Below the pieces are notes generated by a model. That model saw nothing but the letters and a program-made list of their open reading frames with translations. It was not told where the DNA came from and ran no database searches. The position numbers and the translations under genes are program-made. DNA of 64,000 nt from Macrostomum lignano. Taxonomy: Eukaryota. The stretch spans positions 33,616 through 97,615 of the forward strand of contig NIVC01003438.1 in NCBI GenBank assembly GCA_002269645.1, written 5' to 3'. Each line of letters starts with the position of its first letter. Position 1 is the first letter of the stretch. Below are positions 33,533-48,000 of the stretch, piece after piece.

Positions 33533-35960
33533 GCGCACACAGCTGCATTGAATTTCCGAGCTCCAAGGGGGCGGGGGGTTGGAAGGAATGACAGGAGTAG
33601 CTGGGGATAAAGTATCCATTGGAAAAATAACCCCAACCCCCCTCCCTCAAGATCGATACCAGTGTCTTGGAAGGCGCAATATTTTTAAAGCTATGAGAGT
33701 GGGTCTGACTGACTGGATAGAATAGAAGGACCTCCTAGTTTGCATTCCAGTAGTTTTTGCTGCAGCAGAGATACAGGACTTGCCCCCAAGGAGTTGGCAG
33801 GCGGAATGTTGTACAGTTTGTGCTTTAATCTTCTTTCTGTGCTCATCCGGCTGTCTGCTCACCATCAGCAGCCTGTTCAGCGATCGCTGGATGCTGGTTG
33901 AAGTGGCTCTGAAGGAGATTGACTACTAGTACACACCCTAACAATTCCCACGCCTTCACAATTCCTACAGAGTAGCAGAAGAAACCTCCAGCTGACAGCC
34001 GATCTGAACACTGTATACTGTATACGATTTCTTATCTGACAACTACCAGTAAGCAGTTGAGGTTGCTTGCTCTGTATTTCTGTATTAAATGCCTGCATAT
34101 TTTATTTTCCAACATATTGACACACGTAGAATCAATGCTTAACCATGCATTATGAATTAATAAGCAACGTACATGTGAGCTGCCTTTTAATAGTGGAGTG
34201 TGAGCTTTGCCAAATACCGTAAAATTAGGCCTTGGGCACTGCAGTGTCAGTAGTTATTAATCAAATCATTAATCGAATCTGTACCATGTCGTTCACAGCA
34301 TCTGAGAATGAACCGGGGAGGCAGTTAACATAAACTTGTCTTAGGCTGTGGAGTATTTACTTTCATGCCGTCTACTTTGAGTACAGCGCAAAGTAGATTA
34401 GCAGATTATTTCTACTTTCATTTTTTTACTTCCTTTTTGCATTTTCATTCAACAATACGCTCTTGTTTGATTTCCTAAATGTCTTTGCTTTCCATTTAGA
34501 GTTTTATACTTGAGTAACGTCGGAACGAGAATGAATTCAGACAATAAATGAAACAATACTACAGCCACAGTACTCTTACCTGCAAAAACCTGCTAAGGCA
34601 AGTTGGTCATCTATCTATCTTCCATCCGGAATGCTCCCATCAGTGTTTTTTTTCGCTATTGATTAGTACCCGAATTGGGGTATCAAGCATCTGAGTTGTA
34701 CCCCATTTTGGAGGAGTAATACCCCATGAAATTTCTAATTTTGCCTCTGTAGTTTACTGAATTCTTATAAAAATTGATTCTGGCGCAGTCAAATAACCTA
34801 ATCAAGACTATATTCAGAGTTAAAACACAGCTGCTAATGTTTGACTGCATTCTTGTGTCTTTCGTTGAAGGCTGAACAAGCTAGATTTCGAAATTTCAAG
34901 TAAGTTAGATGGCGTTGCAGTATCGCAATCTAATCTAAATCTAATTCCAATTAGATCAGTTTCCAATTCCAACCCTCTCTCACTTTTAGAGTTTTAGCCT
35001 GACAGTCTGACTCACCACACGAGTGGATATACCTTAGTACAAAGACCCATACCAGCCCAGTCAGAATTTTAATTGAACAGCAAAATTTTAGAAAAAAGCT
35101 TAACTTGTTTGAATTAAAGTCGAAAAAATAGTACCCCATTCTGGGGTATTAATGGGCAAAATAGTACCCCAAATCAGTTGACTAATACCCCATGGGGTAC
35201 TAATTGGGGTAAAAAAAAACCCTGGCTCCCATACTCAAGTCCGCCTTTCAATACTACAGCCACAGTACTGTTACCTGCAAAAACCTGCTAAGGCAAGTTG
35301 GTCATCTATCTATCTTCCATCCGGAATGCTCCCATACTCAAGTCCGCCTTTCTATCTGTTTCATTTGGCTCATGGAAGTCTGTTTTGTCAGGCAGTTCTT
35401 TACGTTTGGTAGCAAATACTCGTTACATGCAGCTCGTGTTTCGTTTAAATGTACTCATATATACGCATGTGAGCAGTCCTGCTCATCGGCTCACTTTTCC
35501 CTGTAATTTTTGTCTCCGTCTCTCGTATACATCTCAGGCGTACTGTAGCTATTGCCAACTGCTCATCAAAGAGTTACCAAGCAGAAAGCAATCTAATTTT
35601 GTCTGGATGAGCAGTATTTCAGTGGCGACAGAACTCAAACAAAATACTGGTTTATTATTTAAAAGCTTTTGATTAACTACTTTAGTTTAGAAGAATTAGT
35701 CACAGGGTTATAAACTTTACACGGAAACGAAAAATATCATAAAAATAAAATGAAACGATAATTGAGTACTTGAAGGTTAAGCAGATTGACTTGAGTAGAC
35801 ATCAGAGTCAAATAACCATTAGTCATATTCAGAAGGTAACACGATCGGTGTTTGAACAGCAGAAAAGTGTCCACATTTATCAATCAAGCTGCCAATACAA
35901 GTATATCAAATATTCCATCATTAAAGACAGCTCCGTGACATCGCCGCTACCTGAAGAAAC

Positions 35961-38900
35961 TCACAGCGGCTTCAAAGGCTCGTCGAAGAACTTCTTGTCT
36001 TCGTACCTGAAAAAAGAAGTGCAGAGTATAAACTCAGAGTGTGGATTTCAAATTGCAGAGTATAAACTCAGAGTGTGGATTTCAAATCACAGAGTGTAAA
36101 CTCAGAGTGTGGATTTCAAATCACAGAGTGTAAACTCAGAGTGTGGATTTCAAATCACAGAGTGTAAACTCAGAGTGTGGATTTCAAATTGCAGAGTATA
36201 AACTCAGAGTGTGGATTTCAAATCACAGAGTGTAAACTCAGAGTGTGGATTTCAAATCACAGAGTGTAAACTCAGAGTGTGGATTTCAAATTGCAGAGTG
36301 TAAACTCAGAGTGTGGATTTCAAATTGCAGAGTATAAACTCAGAGTGTGGATTTCAAATCACAGAGTGTAAACTCAGAGTGTGGATTTCAAATCACAGAG
36401 TGTAAACTCAGAGTGTGGATTTCAAATTGCAGAGTGTAAACTCAGAGTGTGGATTTCAAATTGCAGAGTATAAACTCAGAGTGTGGATTTCAAATTGCAC
36501 TATAGTTCTTACTGCCCATTTATACTACAAAAACTAAAAAATTCCACTCAGAGCAACAGCAGTCAGCTGCTCAAAATTCAATGATGAGCAATAATGCTTT
36601 TCAGCGATTTCGAGCATAGGTCAGAGAGACATTCTCAGTTGCCATGGAAACTCACCCACGCAGCAGCTCAGCCAGCTCGCTGTTTTCCGTCTGTGTGGCC
36701 AAATCCAGCGCAGTCATGCCGTCTCTGTCCTTCAGGCTCCAATCAGCCCCTGAGTCCAGCAGAACCCGACCGACTGCGGCGGCGGTGGCGGGGGGCGCAA
36801 AGATGGCTGCCAGCATGAGGGGAGTCAATTCACAGTATCCTCGATCGTTCCTGGCGTTGGCGGAGGCTCCGGCAGCCAGCAGAGCGGAGGCTGCGGCAGA
36901 ATTGCCACCGAAGCCTGCCCAGTGCAGGCAACTATCAGACCTTGAATCCACACAGGTGGGGTCACCCAGCTGCACCAGCTGCTTCCACAGAGCCTCATCA
37001 CTACACGAGCTGTTCAGAGCTGCCCACATCAACGCGTTGAGACCACATCTGTCAGGCAGATCGCAGCTGCCGCGGGTCGCCGCTCGCCGCAGCCTCGCCA
37101 AGTCACCCGCCTCGGCCAGCCGCTGCAGTTCCTTTCGATCCGCTTCCTCCTGCAAAAGCAAGCGGGAAATTTGAGCACAGCTGCTCAGCTGCAGCCGCAT
37201 CGGCACCGCAGATGCCGCTCACCTGGACTGTCAGGCCGGATAATGAGGCATTTTTTCCCACAACCAGCCGCATCTCCCTGTAACAGTAAAAATGAGCAGC
37301 GAATTCGCAATTTTCCATATCAGACAACTACGACTGCCAAAATAAAATTTAATTTAGTACGATACTAGCAATCTTCGCCCCCCGATGGGGGGCATCTAGA
37401 TAGAATCTCTGGCTCTCTATAAGTATCAAAAAGACGGCCAAATAAAGCCTTCACATAGACAATAGAAAAACTGCTCAAATGAAGTGCAATGCAAAAAGAA
37501 AACATCCCAGGACAGCAAGCAACCCCCCGATAGCAGGCACCCCAGATAGCAAGCATCCAATTGATAGCAATTATCTATCTTAAATAGCAAGCATCCACCA
37601 GACAATAAGTATCTAGTGCAACAATTTCCTTAGCTTTATAGTGGCTACTTTATGATTGGCATGACGCTTCTTTTTACGTTTGTAATTGTCTCCATTATGA
37701 CATGGTGGCTCTTTTATGTTTGACATGGTGGCACTTTAATGTCTGCAATGATGGCTCTTTAATGTCTGACATGGAGTCACTTATACGCTTGACATGGTGG
37801 CTCTTTAATGTTTGACATGGTGGCTCTTTAATGTTTGACATGGTGGCTCTTTAATGTTTGACATGGTGGCTCTTTAATGTCTGAAATGGAGTCATGTATA
37901 CGCTTGACATGGTGACTCGTTGATGTTTGACATAGTGGCTCTTTTATGTTCGACATGGTGGCTCTTTAATGTTTGTAATGATGGCTTTTTAGTGTTCACC
38001 ATGGTGGCTCTTTAATGTTCGACATGGTGGCTCTTTAATGTTCGACATGGCTCTTTAATGTTCGACATGGTGGCTCTTTAATGTTCGACATGATGGCTCT
38101 TTAATGTTCGACATGGTGGCTCTTTAATGTTCGACATGGTGGCTCTTTAATGTTTGACATGGTGGCTCTTTAATCTTTGACATGGTGGCTCTTTAATGTT
38201 AGACATGGAGTCACATATATGTTTGACATGGTGGCCTTTAATGTTTGAAATGATGCCACTTTTGTTTGACATTGTGCTTCTTTTATGTTTAGCATTTTGT
38301 GTTTTTAAGGTTTTTGAATAAAAAAATCTTTTTGCACTACTAAGATTCGAATTGAGGTCGCTGAATTAGCAGTCCAGTCTGTTCGCATCTAGGCTATCTC
38401 TTGTCGATTGGAGAACATGAATTGTGGCCCTTATAATTCAATTCTTATAGCAAATCGGTTAGAGGAGAAAGTTATAACATAATCAATTTCTCAGTCAGCC
38501 AGTATCAGTCTCAATTTAAGTTAGCAATATGGTTACGCAATTTAAATCAAGTCGTGTGTTCATTTCTTTGGCACTGTTTTCAACTTGCTGTGATGCAATC
38601 TTTATCAGAATTGAAATTCAGTCAGTCAGGTTTTTCTCTAGCATTCTTACAATGCATTTCAGGTCAAAAGAGCTGCTTGACCTTTGCAGAAAATCATGTT
38701 TTTCGAATATTTAATCCGTTTAATATTGATCAATTTCTTAGCCAAGATGCATGCACCATCCCAGGAAAATTTTGATCGAATGGTGCAAGTTTGAAGAGAA
38801 TCGGTTGAGCCATTCTCGAAAAAATCAATTACACGCACGCACGCACGCACAAATACAGCGCAAAATTAGTATATAGACTAGCCATTAGCCCCCCCGCTGG

Positions 38901-41900
38901 GGGGCCTTAGAAATGACACCAAGTGGTTTTTATTTTGGTCCAATGGTAACCATAATTACCATTTCCATTAATCAAAAATTACTTTTTCTCATTTTTGCAA
39001 AAACAAACTCAGCACCACTCACCTTAACAACACTTTTCCAAGATTAGCACTGCTCCTCAGATTAGCACTACTTCCCCCCAGATTAGCACCGCTCCTCAGA
39101 TTAGCAACGCTCCTCAGATTAGCACTATTCCCCCCAGATTAGCACCGCTCCTCAGATTAGCACTACTTCCCCCCAGATTAGCAACGCTCCTCAGATTAGC
39201 ACCGCTCCTCAGATAAGCACTACTTCCCCCCAGATTAGCACTGCTCCTCAGATTAGCAATGCTCCTCAGATTAGCACTACTTCCCCCTAGATTAGCACCC
39301 CTACCCCTAAATTAGCACTCCAGATTAGCAACGCTCCTCAGATTAGCACTACTTCCCCCAAGATTAGCACTACTTCCCCCCCCCAGATTTGCACTTCTCC
39401 CCCCAGATTAGCATCGCTCCTCAGATTAGCACTACTCCCGCCCAGATTAGCACCCCTACCCCTAAATTAGCACTCCACTCAGATTAGCAACACTTTGCCA
39501 AGACTTTGTCAGTAATGGTCTCTGAAAATTAGCGCATACAATAGACTTGCACTGCTGTAGAAGATTAATGCAGTCCCAGAATAATTAAATGAACATTTCG
39601 AAAAATCTGCGTCAATCTGCATTGGATGTGACATCAATGTTGTCACAAGTTATGGGGATAAATTTTCTACTTCAATGCAGACTCGAATTGCCCACCATCT
39701 GCTTTGCCTCTACAACGCGGCTATTTTCGAAGAGAAGCCTTTACTGCTCCCTTGAGAATTCTCATTCATCCCCCCAGCATTCTGCAGTTCTCCAAGCAAA
39801 TATTTGAATTTTTTAAGGTAAAATCCAAGGTCACTAAAATTTTAAGGTGAAGAATTTTGCAAGTTTAAAAAAAACGCGATCAAATTTGGTTGAGGCATTC
39901 AGTATTAAATGCGTTATTCACAAACAGACAAACAAAGGTAGGACTTTTAGTATATTAGAAAATTATATATTAGCACTATTTCCCCAGATTAGCACCACTC
40001 CCCGGATTAGCACCATTCCCCCAAAAGTAGCACCACTTCCTTAGATTAGCACTACTTCCTCCAGATTAGCACTTCTTCCCACAGAACTTACATCACTGAA
40101 AGTTCTGTGCTTCTTCCCCCAGATTAGCACCACTCCCCCAGATTAGCACTATTAGCACCTCTCCCCCAGATTAGCACTATTAGCACCACTCCCCAAAAAT
40201 TACCACCACTTCCCCGGATTAGCACCGCTCCCCAGATTAGTACCACTCCCCCAGATCAGCACCACCCCCAGATTAGCACCACTCCCCAAAAATTAGCACA
40301 GTTTTATACAAAATTAGCACCGCTCCCCCAGATTAGCACCGCTCCTCAGATTAGCATTACTGAGCCCCCAGACTCCCCCCCCAGATTAGCACCACTACCC
40401 CTAATAATTAGCACTCCGCTCAGATTAGCAACAATTTGCCAAGATTAGCACTACTCCTCCAGATTAGCAACAATTTGCCAAGATTAGCACTACTCCTCCA
40501 GATTAGCAACACTTTGCCAAGATTAGCACTACTCCTCCAGATTAGCAACACTTTGCCAAGATTAGCACTACTCCTCCAGATTAGCAACACTTTGCCAAGA
40601 TTAGCACTACTCCTCCAGATTAGCAACACTTTGCCAAGATTAGCACTACTCCTCCAGATTAGCAACACTTTGCCAAGATTAGCACTACTCCTCCAGATTA
40701 GCACCACTCTTCCAGATTAGTAATGCTCTCTGCAAATTAGCACATACAATAGATTGGCACTGATCTAAAAGATTAATGCAGTCCCAGAATAATATAGCTT
40801 TTTGCAGTTTATTTGGGCTTACGCGCATTTAATTTAATCCAAGATACATTTGCCAATGTAACAGAGCTTATTGTCTATGGTAGAAAGGCTGCCACAGCGG
40901 CATTTAATTTAGTCCAACAAGCATCAATTTAATCCAAATGCTTGTGAGCCAATGGCAAACTCTTGCCTTCTCGCAACCGCCTAAGGTTTGTTGCGCACCG
41001 CTGGAATGTCAGCGTCTGTACCAGCAATTTTCAGTCGCTTTTCCAGAGCTCTGCTGATAGTCCAAATCTGATAACCAACTGGAACTGTTCCTTCAACTGC
41101 GGCTGCATTTTCTGCTCCGTCAACAAAGGGTTCGTCTCAATTGCATTAAGTAGCAGTTGGAACTGAGTCTCTAGCAACTTGCCTTGGCGATTGCCACCTT
41201 TCACAGGCGACCTATGCCAGAAGTGGTTTCAACACGCTGATGGATGCTGTAAACCATCTTTCTTCTACAATATATTCAGCAACCTTGCAATGTCCTTTGG
41301 GTGTTCACCTCTGTTGATTGCTTTGACCACAAGCCAGTGGCATTCGTTCGACGACCTAGCATGGTTCACAATTATGGAGCTGATCTTGCTCCTCCGCAAC
41401 AGTTGCAAATGAAGCTATGGACCAAATTGATGCTTGTTGGACTAAATTAAGTGGCGCTGTGGCAGCCTTTCTACCATAGACAATAAGCTCATTTACTTAA
41501 GCATATCAATTTGGATTAAATTAAATGCACGTAAGCCCAAATGGGCTGCAAAAAGCTATATCATTCAATGAAAATTTCAAAATTTCAAAGTTATAGGTAT
41601 ACTTTTCAGCTTCAATGCAGACTCCGATTGCCGACCATCTGCTTTCGAAGAGAGGCTATTTTCGAAGAGAAGCCTATACTATTCCCTCAAGAATTTTCAT
41701 TCATCCCCAAGCATTCTGCAGTTCTCTCGGCTGGCTCCTCAGTCTCAGCAAACTTGCAATGATCCTTTCAACAATTTAAAACATTTCTCAGCATTTAGTA
41801 CGACTCATTAATCAGTGTTCGATACATATCGGCAGACTTTTGCACAACTCAGGATTTAGCTGTGCCTATGCCTTCAGCAGTTTAGCAGCATTGTCTGCAT

Positions 41901-44900
41901 TTTAGCACTTTCATACTTTAAATGGAGCTAGGCAACACCCATTGATGAGATCAGCCAGACTTGAAGCAGTTTTACAAATCAAATTTGCTTAGTGGCTTGT
42001 GCCGATTAGCAAAAATAATTCATTGCTTTACTTAATAAAAAAAAATTCCATCGCTATTAATCAATCAATATTAATTGAAAGATGTTCTAATTAGTCCATG
42101 CATAAGTTACAAATAAATATAAATTAATTCAAATTTAATTGTTCGCAGCGAGGTTGTCTCAAACCTGGGACCTTACACCTAGCCTAAACCTAGTGCCTAC
42201 ATGCGGCTACTCCGCCTATTGATGGAAAGGCGAGAAAATCAGCCATATAAGCTTCGACACTGCAGTCAAATACATAGCAGTGATGGGCTGCTCAGTGCGC
42301 AGGCAGAGCCAATGCACAGTTGAGTGAAATCTATAAATAGCAATTGTCTATGCAGTCCGCCAGTCAGCCAGGGTCAGAATGTACACACGCAGCCACTGAG
42401 CATTTTTTCCTCTCCCTTATTGCAGCCAGTATTGAGGCGTACACAGTGAACAGAGAAAAGTTGTGGCGCAATCTTAATTGGAATTGAAATTCAGTCACTG
42501 AGATTTTGACCTTTTCTAGCCTCCCATTGAAAGCATTAAAAAAACTCGTTTTTCGAATATTTAACCAACTTCTCATTCGAATTTTTCAATGCAATTACAC
42601 CTACACAATCTCACAAGAATTTGCAATTGAATGAAGCAAGTTTGAAAAAAATCGGTTCAGGCATTCAGGCTGTAGACTGGAATACCGGTCAGACAGACAG
42701 ACAAACCTTAGAGATTTAGTATATTGTGAAAAAAAAGTTTCATGATAGATTTAGTAAACAGAAACTAGCAATCTAGTGCGGCCCCCTTTGGGGCGCCCAA
42801 TAAGCAAGGAGCAAAAATAGTTCATGGAAAACAATTAATAAAGCACATTTTCTTAAGAACCAATTCCTTCTTCACTTTTAAAAATCACCTTATTTGTGTA
42901 AAATTGTCACGGACAAAGGTGTTTGCTATGAATCACTTTTTCTCTAAAATTAACAAACAGACAACAAAATATAGCTCCCTCTAAATAGAAAATATTCCCA
43001 AGACAGCAAGCATCCCCCAGATAGCAAGCATGAAGCATCACCCCAGATAGAAGCATCCATCCAGATCGCAAGCATCCTGCAGATAGCAAGCATCCCCCAG
43101 ATAGAAGCATCCACCCAGATAGCAAGCATTCTGCAGATAGCAAGCATCCCCCAGATATTGTTGAAGCATTCTGCAGATAGCAAGCATCCCCCAGATATTG
43201 TTGAAGCATTCTGCAGATAGCAAGCATCCCCCAGATATTGTTGAAGCATCCTGCAGATAGCAAGCACCACCCCAGATATTATAGAAGCATCCACCCAGAT
43301 AGCAAGCATCCTGCAGATAGCAAGAATCCCTAAATAGCAAGCATCCCTGGATAAAAAGAATCCCATACATGTAGCCAGTGCCCCCTCTCCCAAATAGCAA
43401 GTACCCCCCTCTAGAGCAAGCATCCTCCAGATAGCAAGCATCCACGAGACAGTAAGTAGCTAGTGCAAATGTTACCTCCGCTAATGCAATAACCGCTTTC
43501 TCAGGTTGTGCAACAATCCACGTCTCAGCGAGCGCAATAATCTCTTTTTTAGACAGCGCAATACTAGATCAATAGCCCTTTCTAATCTAGTGCAAAAATC
43601 TTTGGCTTATCAAGTGCAATATTCCTTGGTTTATCTGGTGCAATATTCCTTATTATCAAAGTGCAATAATCCTTGGTTTATTAAGTGCAGTAATCCTTGG
43701 CTTATCAAGCGCAGTAATCCTTGGTTTATCAAGCGCAATAATCCTTGGTTTATCAAGCTCAATAATCCTTGGTTTATCAAGCGCAGTAATCCATGGTTTA
43801 TCAAGTGCAGTAATCCTTGGTTTATCAAGTGCAATAATCCTTGGTTTATCAAGTGCAGTAATCCTTGGTTTATCAAGTGCAGTAATCCTTGGTTTATCAA
43901 GTGCAATAATCCTTGGTTTATCAAGTGCAATAATCCTTGGTTTATCAAGCGCAGTAATCCATGGTTTATCAAGCGCAGTAATCCTTGGTTTATCAAGCGC
44001 AATAATCCTTGGTTTATCAAGCTCAATAATCCTTGGTTTATCAAGCGCAGTAATCCTTGGTTTATCAAGCGCAATAATCCTTGGTTTATCAAGCTCAATA
44101 ATCCTTGGTTTATCAAGCTCAATAATCCTTGGTTTATCAAGCGCAGTAATCCTTGGTTTATCAAGCGCAGTAATCCTTGGTTTATCAAGCGCAGTAATCC
44201 TTGGTTTATCAAGCGCAGTAATCCTTGGTTTATCAAGTGCAATAATCCTTGGTTTATATCAAGTGCAATAATCCTTGGTTTATGAAGTGCAATAATCCTT
44301 GGTTTAGCAAGCGCCATAATCCAGGTCTTTTTAGTTAGTCGTGTAAAAAATGTTTTCAATAAAAAAATTATGCTACTTTTTTAATACACTCCTAAGATTC
44401 GAACCCAGGTCGCTGCATTAGCAGCCCAGTCTGTTCACGTGTAGGCTAGCTCTCATTGGAATTTATAGATGAATTTGTAGCACTTATAATTCAACACTCA
44501 CACCAAGTCAATTGAGTAAAAGTCACACGAAGCAGTTATGACATAATCTATTTCTTAGGCAAGTCAGTACCAGTCTCTATTAGAGTTAGCAATATGGTTA
44601 CGCAATATAAATGAAGTCTTGTGCTATGCTTCCACACTGCGTTTTCAATACTGTGACGCAATTCAGTTCAGTGTCAAAATTCAGCCAGTACAAAGACGAT
44701 AAATAAAAAGCCTAATGTGATGATGCAATCTATTTCAGAATCAGAATTTAACCAGTCAGTTTTTTCTCTAGCATTCTTACAATGCATTTCAAGTCGAAAG
44801 AGCTGCTTGACCTTTGCAAGAAAGCATGTTTTTCGAATATTTAATCCCTTTAGCATCAAGCAATTTCTTAGCCACGATGCATGTACCGTCACGGAAAAAT

Positions 44901-44958
44901 TTCTGATTGAACAGTGCATGTTCGAAGAAAATCGGTTGAGCCGTTTTTTTAAAGTCGA

Positions 44959-45023
<65 letters not shown>

Positions 45024-48000
45024 AATATACTGACAGACCATTTTTAGTATATAGACTAGCCATTTAGCCCCCCTCCGGGTGGCTTCTTAGCAATTTAGCG
45101 CTTGTCTACTATAAGCAAATTTGCACAGTTGCTGAGCAAATGCCACTTATGTCCAAGCAGTTCTACAGTAGCAAATCTCTAAGTAGTTTTACACCAATTT
45201 TACTGAGACTAAAAAAGCTCTAAAAAAGTTACATTTCTCAATGTTTGCAACTTTGAAACTTCAATTCATTTATAGCTCTTTTAGCATAATTCGTTATTTT
45301 ATTTCATGAGTTAGTCTTGTTATTAATAGCATTATTGATTGATTGAATTTAGCAATATAGCAATATTATTGAATTTTGCAATAATTGAGCGAAAAACCTG
45401 ACACGAGGACTACCATCAGATTTGCTCTACTCTCCCCAGTTTAGCATCACTCCCCCTGATTAGCAGCAATCCTCACCAGATTAGCCCTACTCCGTCAGGT
45501 TAGCACCACTCTCCCAGATTAGCACTTCGAAAAGATTAGCCCTACTCCCCCCTAATTAGTATTACTCCTCTCCAGATTAGCAATTCTCCTCTCGAGATTA
45601 GCACTATTCCTCCCAGATTAAGACTACTCCTCCAGATAAGCAATGCTCTTTTCATATTAGCCCCACGCCCCCCACCAATTAGCACTGCGCCCAGATAAAC
45701 ACTCTGCCGAGATTAACACTCTGCCCAGATTAGCACTACTTCCACAGATTAGCACCACTCCCAAACTGCCATTAGGCGGCTACTATTATCACCTCAGAAG
45801 TTGTCCTCACAGCAACCTGAGATTAACCTTTCTAATCCCAGAAAACAAACTCCAGTCATCTCTTAGCAGCCTGCATTTCCTCGAGATTAGCACCACTCCC
45901 TCAGATTAGCACCACTCCCCCAGATTAGCACCACTCCCTTAGATTAGCACTACTTCCCCAGATTAGCACTACTCTCCCCAGATTAGCACCACTCCCCCGG
46001 ATTAGCACCACTCCCTTAGATTAGCACTACTTCCCCAGATTAGCACTACTCTCCCCAGATCAGCACCACTCTCCCAGATTAGCCCCACTCCCTTAGATTA
46101 GCACTACTTCCCCCAGATTAGCACCACTCCCCAAAAATTAGCACCACTCCCCAAAAATTAGCACCACTCCCCAAAAATTAGCACCACTCCCCAAAAATTG
46201 GCACCACTCCCCAAAAATTAGCACCACTCCCCAAAAATTAGCACCACTCCCCAAAAATTAGCACCACTCCCCAAAAATTAGCACCACTCCCCAAAAATTA
46301 GCACACTCCCCAAAAATTAGCACCACTTCCCAAAAATTATCACCACTTCCCAAAAATTAGCACCACTCCCCAAAAATAAGCACACTCCCCAAAAATGAGC
46401 ACAAATTACCAAAAATTAGCACCGTTTTATTCAAAATTAGCACCGCTCCCCAGATTAGCACCGCTCCTCAGATTAGCATTACTGAGCCCCCAGACTTCCC
46501 CCCTGATTAGCACCACTACCCCTATATTAGCACTCCGCCCAGATTAGCAACACTTTGCCAAGATTAGCACTACTCCTCCAGATTAGCACCACTCACTACC
46601 CCTAAATTAGTAATGCTCTCTGCAAATTATCACATAGTCACAATAGATTGGCACTGCTCTAGAAGATTAATGCAGTCCCAGAATAATATCATTAAATGAA
46701 AATTTCAAAATTTCTAAATTACAGCTTCAGCTTTTCAGCCTCAATGCAGACTCCAATTGCCGACCATCTGCTTTGCCTCTACTACAGCTATTTTCGAAGA
46801 GAAGCCTATACTGTTTCCTTCAGAATTCTCATTCATCCCCAGCATTCTGCAGTTCTTCTCTCGGCTGGCTCCTCAGTCTCAGCAAACTCGCAATGATCCT
46901 TTCAACAACTAAATTTTTTCAGCATTTAGTACGACTCACTAATCAATATTCGATACATATCGGCAGAATTTTGCAGAACTCTGGATTTAGCAATGCCTTC
47001 AGCAGTTTAGCAGCATTGTCTGTAGTTTAGCAATTTCATACTTTAAATGGAGCTAGGCAACACCCATTGATGAGATCAGCAACACTCGAAGCAGTTTTAC
47101 AAATCAAATTTGCTTACTGGCTTGTGCCGATTAGCAAAAATAATGAATTGCTACTTAATAAAAAATGCTTCAATCGCTAATAGATGTAATCGAAAGATGT
47201 TCCAATTATTCGATGCATAAGTTACAAATAAAAATTAATTAATTCAAATTTAATTGTTTGCAGCGAGGTTGTCTCGAAACTGGGACCTTACGCCTAGCCT
47301 AAACCTAGTGCCTACAGTGCGGCTACTCCGCCTATTGATGGAAAGGCGAGAAAATCAGCCATAAACCTTCGGCACTGCAGTCAAATACATAGCAGTGATG
47401 GGCTGCTCAGTGCGCAGGCAGAGCCAATGCACAGTTGAGTGAAATCTATAAATAGCAATTGTCTATGCAGTCCGCCAGTCAGCCAGGGTCAGAATGTACA
47501 CACGCAGCCAGAATGTACACATGCTGCACTGAGCATTTTTCTCTCCCTTGCACACTGCAGCCAGTATTGAAACTTACACAGTGAAGAGAGAATTTATGGC
47601 GCAATGTCAATTGGAGTTTCAATTCAAGTTAAATAGAGTTTTCCTATCAGTTGGCACTGGCGCAATCATTAAAATTGGCTGTGAAGTTTTTTCACTGCGC
47701 GCAGGCTGATACAATTTGCATTAAAAAAGCCTATTTAAAACAGTTTTTCAAATCCAATTAGCATCCCTCTAGCATTAAAGCAGATATAAGAAATTTTAAC
47801 TGTCTTTTTTTCCAGACAATTTTAAATCTTTTGGCGAAAACGCGATCAAAATTGGTCAAGAATTGCACTCTCTAAAGCGTTACAGACAGACAAACAGACA
47901 AACAGACAAACAGAAAACAGACAAACAGACAAACAGACAAACAGACAAACAGAAAACAGACAAACAGACAAACAGATCTTAGCGATTTAGTATAGGTGGA

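Larger units (their letters stand above)
37365..47996 (-). mobile_element. Head-to-tail array of about 5 non-autonomous Helitron-like elements
   Basis: 3' ends with a GC hairpin followed by CTAG at 37365, 38878, 42765 and 45056. 5' ends TCTATATACTAA at 38877 and 45055, TCTAATATACTAA at 39959, and degenerate ones near 42725 and 47996. No Rep/helicase ORF seen. Confidence 0.75.
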
